Shown here piece after piece: positions 63,905 through 64,000 of a stretch of 64,000 bases of DNA. Position 1 is the first letter of the stretch. Every line of letters starts with the position of its first letter. Under the pieces are notes generated by a model that worked only from the letters and a program-made list of their open reading frames with translations, had not been told where the DNA came from and did no database searches. This DNA is from Lingula anatina (Eukaryota > Animalia > Brachiopoda): contig CM120644.1 of assembly GCA_051362555.1 (NCBI GenBank), positions 15,646,534-15,710,533 on the forward strand. Reading direction: 5' to 3'. The position numbers and the translations under genes were made by a program.

Positions 63905-64000
63905 CAAGAACTTGGGGTCTGAGCTACCAGGATGAAAGGGGCCGCCTGCTGCAGGTTTAATAAAAGTAGGCTTAATAGAACTATTTAACAAAAGAAGAAA

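Noticed and set aside
49508-63991. NRPS biosynthetic cluster or bacterial contamination
   Set aside because: No adenylation, thiolation or thioesterase domains and no operon-like spacing; the genes are embedded among animal transposons and microsatellites and have splice acceptors upstream.
1-64000. tRNA or rRNA genes
   Set aside because: None recognised by eye; tRNAscan-SE and Infernal would be needed to exclude them formally.

Overview
This is AT-rich, intron-containing animal DNA, probably from a marine invertebrate (inference); nothing suggests bacterial DNA. On the + strand I reconstruct six spliced genes from GT-AG sites and frame continuity. Three are tandem PAN/Apple + fibrinogen-C (FReD) genes with 5 exons each; copy A has lost its ATG and is disrupted by a Tc1 insertion and a duplication. 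Two are small secreted proteins with the complete Zn-binding signature of peptidase M15 / DD-peptidase (LAS fold: SGxR, Hx6D, HxH), one with and one without an N-terminal PAN domain. The sixth is a 12-exon astacin metalloprotease with three ShK domains. On the - strand are three paralogous single-coding-exon HHxxxDG acyltransferase / stand-alone condensation-like genes. Mobile DNA includes Tc1 relics, a TA-flanked TIR element carrying a BEN-like ORF, an Academ-like element with long TIRs enclosing a Tc1 relic, a 5'-truncated LINE, many MITEs and a 64-bp minisatellite. The best candidate for an undescribed system is the pair of intron-containing animal M15-type (putative peptidoglycan-cleaving) peptidases sitting in a cluster of secreted, recognition- or defence-type genes. 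All family assignments come from motif recognition by eye, not database searches.
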